Assembly (NCBI GenBank): GCA_039794845.1
Contig: JAUQVK010000021.1
Location: 1-17,544, forward strand
Length of the DNA stretch: 17,544 nucleotides
DNA from: Thermostichus sp. DRC_bins_24
Lineage (GTDB): Bacteria > Cyanobacteriota > Cyanobacteriia > Thermostichales > Thermostichaceae
Direction: 5' to 3'
In this document: piece after piece, positions 15,979-17,544 of the stretch
Layout of the letters: the number at the start of each line of letters is the position of its first letter
How positions within the stretch are numbered: the first letter of the stretch is position 1
Notes under the pieces: generated by a model
The model's input: the letters and a program-made list of their open reading frames with translations, nothing else
Told to the model about the DNA's origin: nothing
Databases searched by the model: none
Position numbers and translations under genes: made by a program

Positions 15979-16701
15979 ATGGTTGAGCTGATCCCGCCCC
16001 GCCGCCGTGCCCTCGAGCACCTTTTGAATCGACTTGGGTTCAAAGATTCGGCTTTACTGGAGCAACTGCGCTGGGATCTCTTGGATCAAGCCCTGATTCA
16101 CCCATCTCTGGATAGCCAGCGGAATAATGACCGGCTGGAGTTGTTGGGGGACTCCGTCTTACGAATTTTGGCTACGGAATTCTTGTTTGAGTCTTACCCG
16201 GACCTGTCGGTGGGAGAGTTGACCGCTATTCGCTCTGATCTGATTAGCGATGCACATTTGGCAGAACTGGCGGATCTGCATGGGCTGGAGCGTTACCTCG
16301 AGTTGGGATCCAGCTCCCAGAGAGACCCCGCTGGACGGGATCGCCGGTTGGCAGATGCTTTCGAGGCTCTCCTGGGATCCTTTTACCTCAGCTGGGGGAT
16401 TCACACTCTGCCCAGGCTCCATCCCTGGTTGGATCCTTATCTCCGCCAACGGGTCAAGGCATGGTTTCAAGATCCGACTCGGCGCAACCCCAAAGCAGCT
16501 TTACAGGAACTCACCCAACGCATTTGGGGCAGTCTACCAGAATATCGCCTGGTGGCAGCCGAAGAACATCCTCCTCATTTCACCATGGAAGTTTGGGGAC
16601 AGGGACAATGTTGGGGTCGAGGGGAAGGCCGCTCAAAAAAGGCAGCTGAAATGGCCGCGGCTGCTGAAGCCTACGGGCACTTGCAGTCGGAGGAGACATG
16701 A
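15979..16701 (+). CDS. rnc: Ribonuclease III
   Basis: QALIHPS, NNDRLELLGDSVL, LADAFEALLG and a C-terminal dsRBD (NPKAALQE...PEY...GRGEGRSKKAAEMAAA). ATG 15979 is preferred over TTG 15910. Confidence 0.96.
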   Translation: MVELIPPRRRALEHLLNRLGFKDSALLEQLRWDLLDQALIHPSLDSQRNNDRLELLGDSVLRILATEFLFESYPDLSVGELTAIRSDLISDAHLAELADLHGLERYLELGSSSQRDPAGRDRRLADAFEALLGSFYLSWGIHTLPRLHPWLDPYLRQRVKAWFQDPTRRNPKAALQELTQRIWGSLPEYRLVAAEEHPPHFTMEVWGQGQCWGRGEGRSKKAAEMAAAAEAYGHLQSEET

Positions 16702-16898
16702 GGCGCGCAAAAGCAGAGAATCACCGCTATGAATTGGCCAGTTGGCTGTTTTTGGTGGGAAGCAGCTTATTTGGGGTGAGCGAGCTCATGAACTTGGGTA
16801 CTGGTATGGAGCTCGTGCAAACCCTGCTCGGCCTTGTGGCCAGCCTTTTGTTTACCGTGGGCAGTGCCCTGTTTGTGCTCGATGCCCGACAACCTTAA
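16698..16898 (+). CDS. Small two-TM membrane protein (YrhK-like)
   Basis: ATGA overlap with rnc. Two similar hydrophobic helices, WLFLVGSSLF and LLFTVGSALF. Confidence 0.75.
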   Translation: MRRAKAENHRYELASWLFLVGSSLFGVSELMNLGTGMELVQTLLGLVASLLFTVGSALFVLDARQP

Positions 16899-16910
16899 AT
16901 AACTTAAATA

Positions 16911-17019
16911 AAAATTGTCCCCTTGCGGGGAAGGAGGTGGACTGGTTCGTAAACATAGAACAGCCGGCACCTCACGGAAATGAGTGTCCGTCCCCGAAGG
17001 GGATGTGGTTCTAGGCTTC
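16911..17019 (-). CRISPR. Degenerate two-repeat, one-spacer CRISPR-like mini-array (no cas genes in window)
   Basis: The minus strand reads ...AACCACATCCCCTTCGGGGACGGACAC-[36 nt]-AACCAGTCCACCTCCTTCCCCGCAAGGGGAC. Both units resemble the cyanobacterial type III repeat family ending ...TTCCCCGCAAGGGGACGGAAAC (from recall). The period is 73 nt. Confidence 0.5.
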
Positions 17020-17310
17020 ATCTAAAGGTAGATCGAGGGAGCTAAAGAGATCCCGTAACGAACGTTTTTCAGATTTTGGTTTGGGTTGTTTTGCATAGTC
17101 TAAAGCCGCCCAAAGGCGCTCTGCATTGGCTTTTGATGACAGTTGATACAAGGATTCTCGCAGCGAACTCAGTTCATGAGCTGCCAAAAGAACCACATCC
17201 TCCCCTTCATCATCCAATTCAATGATGATCTCATCATCTTCTTGAATCACCTTTTGGCACAAGGCCTCGAGATTACGCTTGGCATCGGCCAATTTTTCAA
17301 CTCTAACCAT
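17011..17310 (-). CDS. yefM: Phd/YefM family antitoxin
   Basis: AKRNLEALCQKV..DDEIII...EDVVLLAAHELSSLRESLYQLSSKANAERL matches the YefM pattern (..ETxYLLxSxANAxRL). Confidence 0.88.
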   Translation of the reverse strand: MVRVEKLADAKRNLEALCQKVIQEDDEIIIELDDEGEDVVLLAAHELSSLRESLYQLSSKANAERLWAALDYAKQPKPKSEKRSLRDLFSSLDLPLDEA

Positions 17311-17368
17311 GGTTTTCTATCAATTCCCAATCAGTGTTGCGGAACCTCCCTCTGGCTTAACGGAGGCA

Positions 17369-17404
17369 GGGATCCCCAGGATAGTAGCTTATCCCAGGGA
17401 TCCC
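17369..17404. repeat. Inverted repeat built from two GGGATCCC octamers between toxin and antitoxin
   Basis: GGGATCCC-CA-GGATA-GTAGCT-TATCC-CA-GGGATCCC. Confidence 0.75.
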
Positions 17405-17412
17405 GTGGAGAG

Positions 17413-17544
17413 TTACTTACGGTGTTTGCCGTAATGGTAGCGGGCCGCTAAGAAGACGACCTTGTGGTCATCAACCCAGTAGACCAATCGGTGCTCTTCG
17501 TTGATGCGGCGAGACCAAGTGCCCGGTTCAACGTATTTAAGTGT
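17413..17544 (-). CDS. yoeB: Txe/YoeB family toxin, C-terminal part (5' end outside window)
   Basis: Not in the ORF track. Manual translation gives [43 protein letters not shown], with the WSRRI..EHRLVY and RYHY signatures. Confidence 0.93.
   Translation of the reverse strand, partial: TLKYVEPGTWSRRINEEHRLVYWVDDHKVVFLAARYHYGKHRK

Larger units (their letters stand above)
320..17404. repeat. Dispersed highly iterated palindrome GGGATCCC (HIP1 substitute)
   Basis: At least 19 exact copies counted by eye (e.g. 320, 1233, 2773, 3157, 4508, 5000, 8081, 9007, 10083, 15477, 17369, 17397), plus many one-off variants. Canonical GCGATCGC was noticed only once (222-229). Confidence 0.9.

Noticed and set aside
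15649..16020. 123-aa minus-strand ORF
   Set aside because: It overlaps both rnc and the 111-aa ORF and has no recognisable features. The region is better explained as a divergent promoter.
15979..16701. rnc as a dedicated processing enzyme for the neighbouring mini-array
   Set aside because: No tracrRNA-like anti-repeat was seen, the repeat type is normally Cas6-processed, and rnc is a housekeeping gene on the opposite strand.
17517..17541. Partial similarity between the mini-array spacer and the yoeB mRNA (CTTAAATACGTTGAACCGGGCACTT vs CGTAAACATAGAACAGCCGGCACCT)
   Set aside because: Only about 14 of 25 positions are identical with no long contiguous run. This cannot be distinguished from chance by eye, so it is not claimed as the target.

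Overview
Chromosomal segment of a cyanobacterium. The heavy over-representation of the palindrome GGGATCCC in place of canonical HIP1 (GCGATCGC) points to the hot-spring Synechococcus/Thermostichus lineage (inference). In order, it contains: a partial coiled-coil ORF with a 21-bp in-frame tandem repeat, lepB, sds, an InrS/CsoR-family repressor, a ~600-bp unexplained intergenic region, uvrA, a DUF3318 protein, L-asparaginase II, cbiX/sirB-cobA-ABC-2 permease, a tnpA-less IS200/IS605 element with an intact TnpB and recognisable ends, a NarL-type response regulator, sulfiredoxin, a Pro/Ser/Thr-rich ORF, a photoprotection block (111-aa unknown ORF > frp > ocp, with a perfect RpaB/HLR1 box before ocp), rnc, a small 2-TM protein, and a reversed-order yoeB > yefM toxin-antitoxin pair. 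The most unusual signal lies directly downstream of yefM on the same strand: two degenerate type III-like CRISPR repeats 73 nt apart flanking one ~36-nt spacer, with no cas genes in the window. This is a candidate crRNA-like regulatory RNA attached to a toxin-antitoxin locus. All calls are by eye and from recall; no searches were run.
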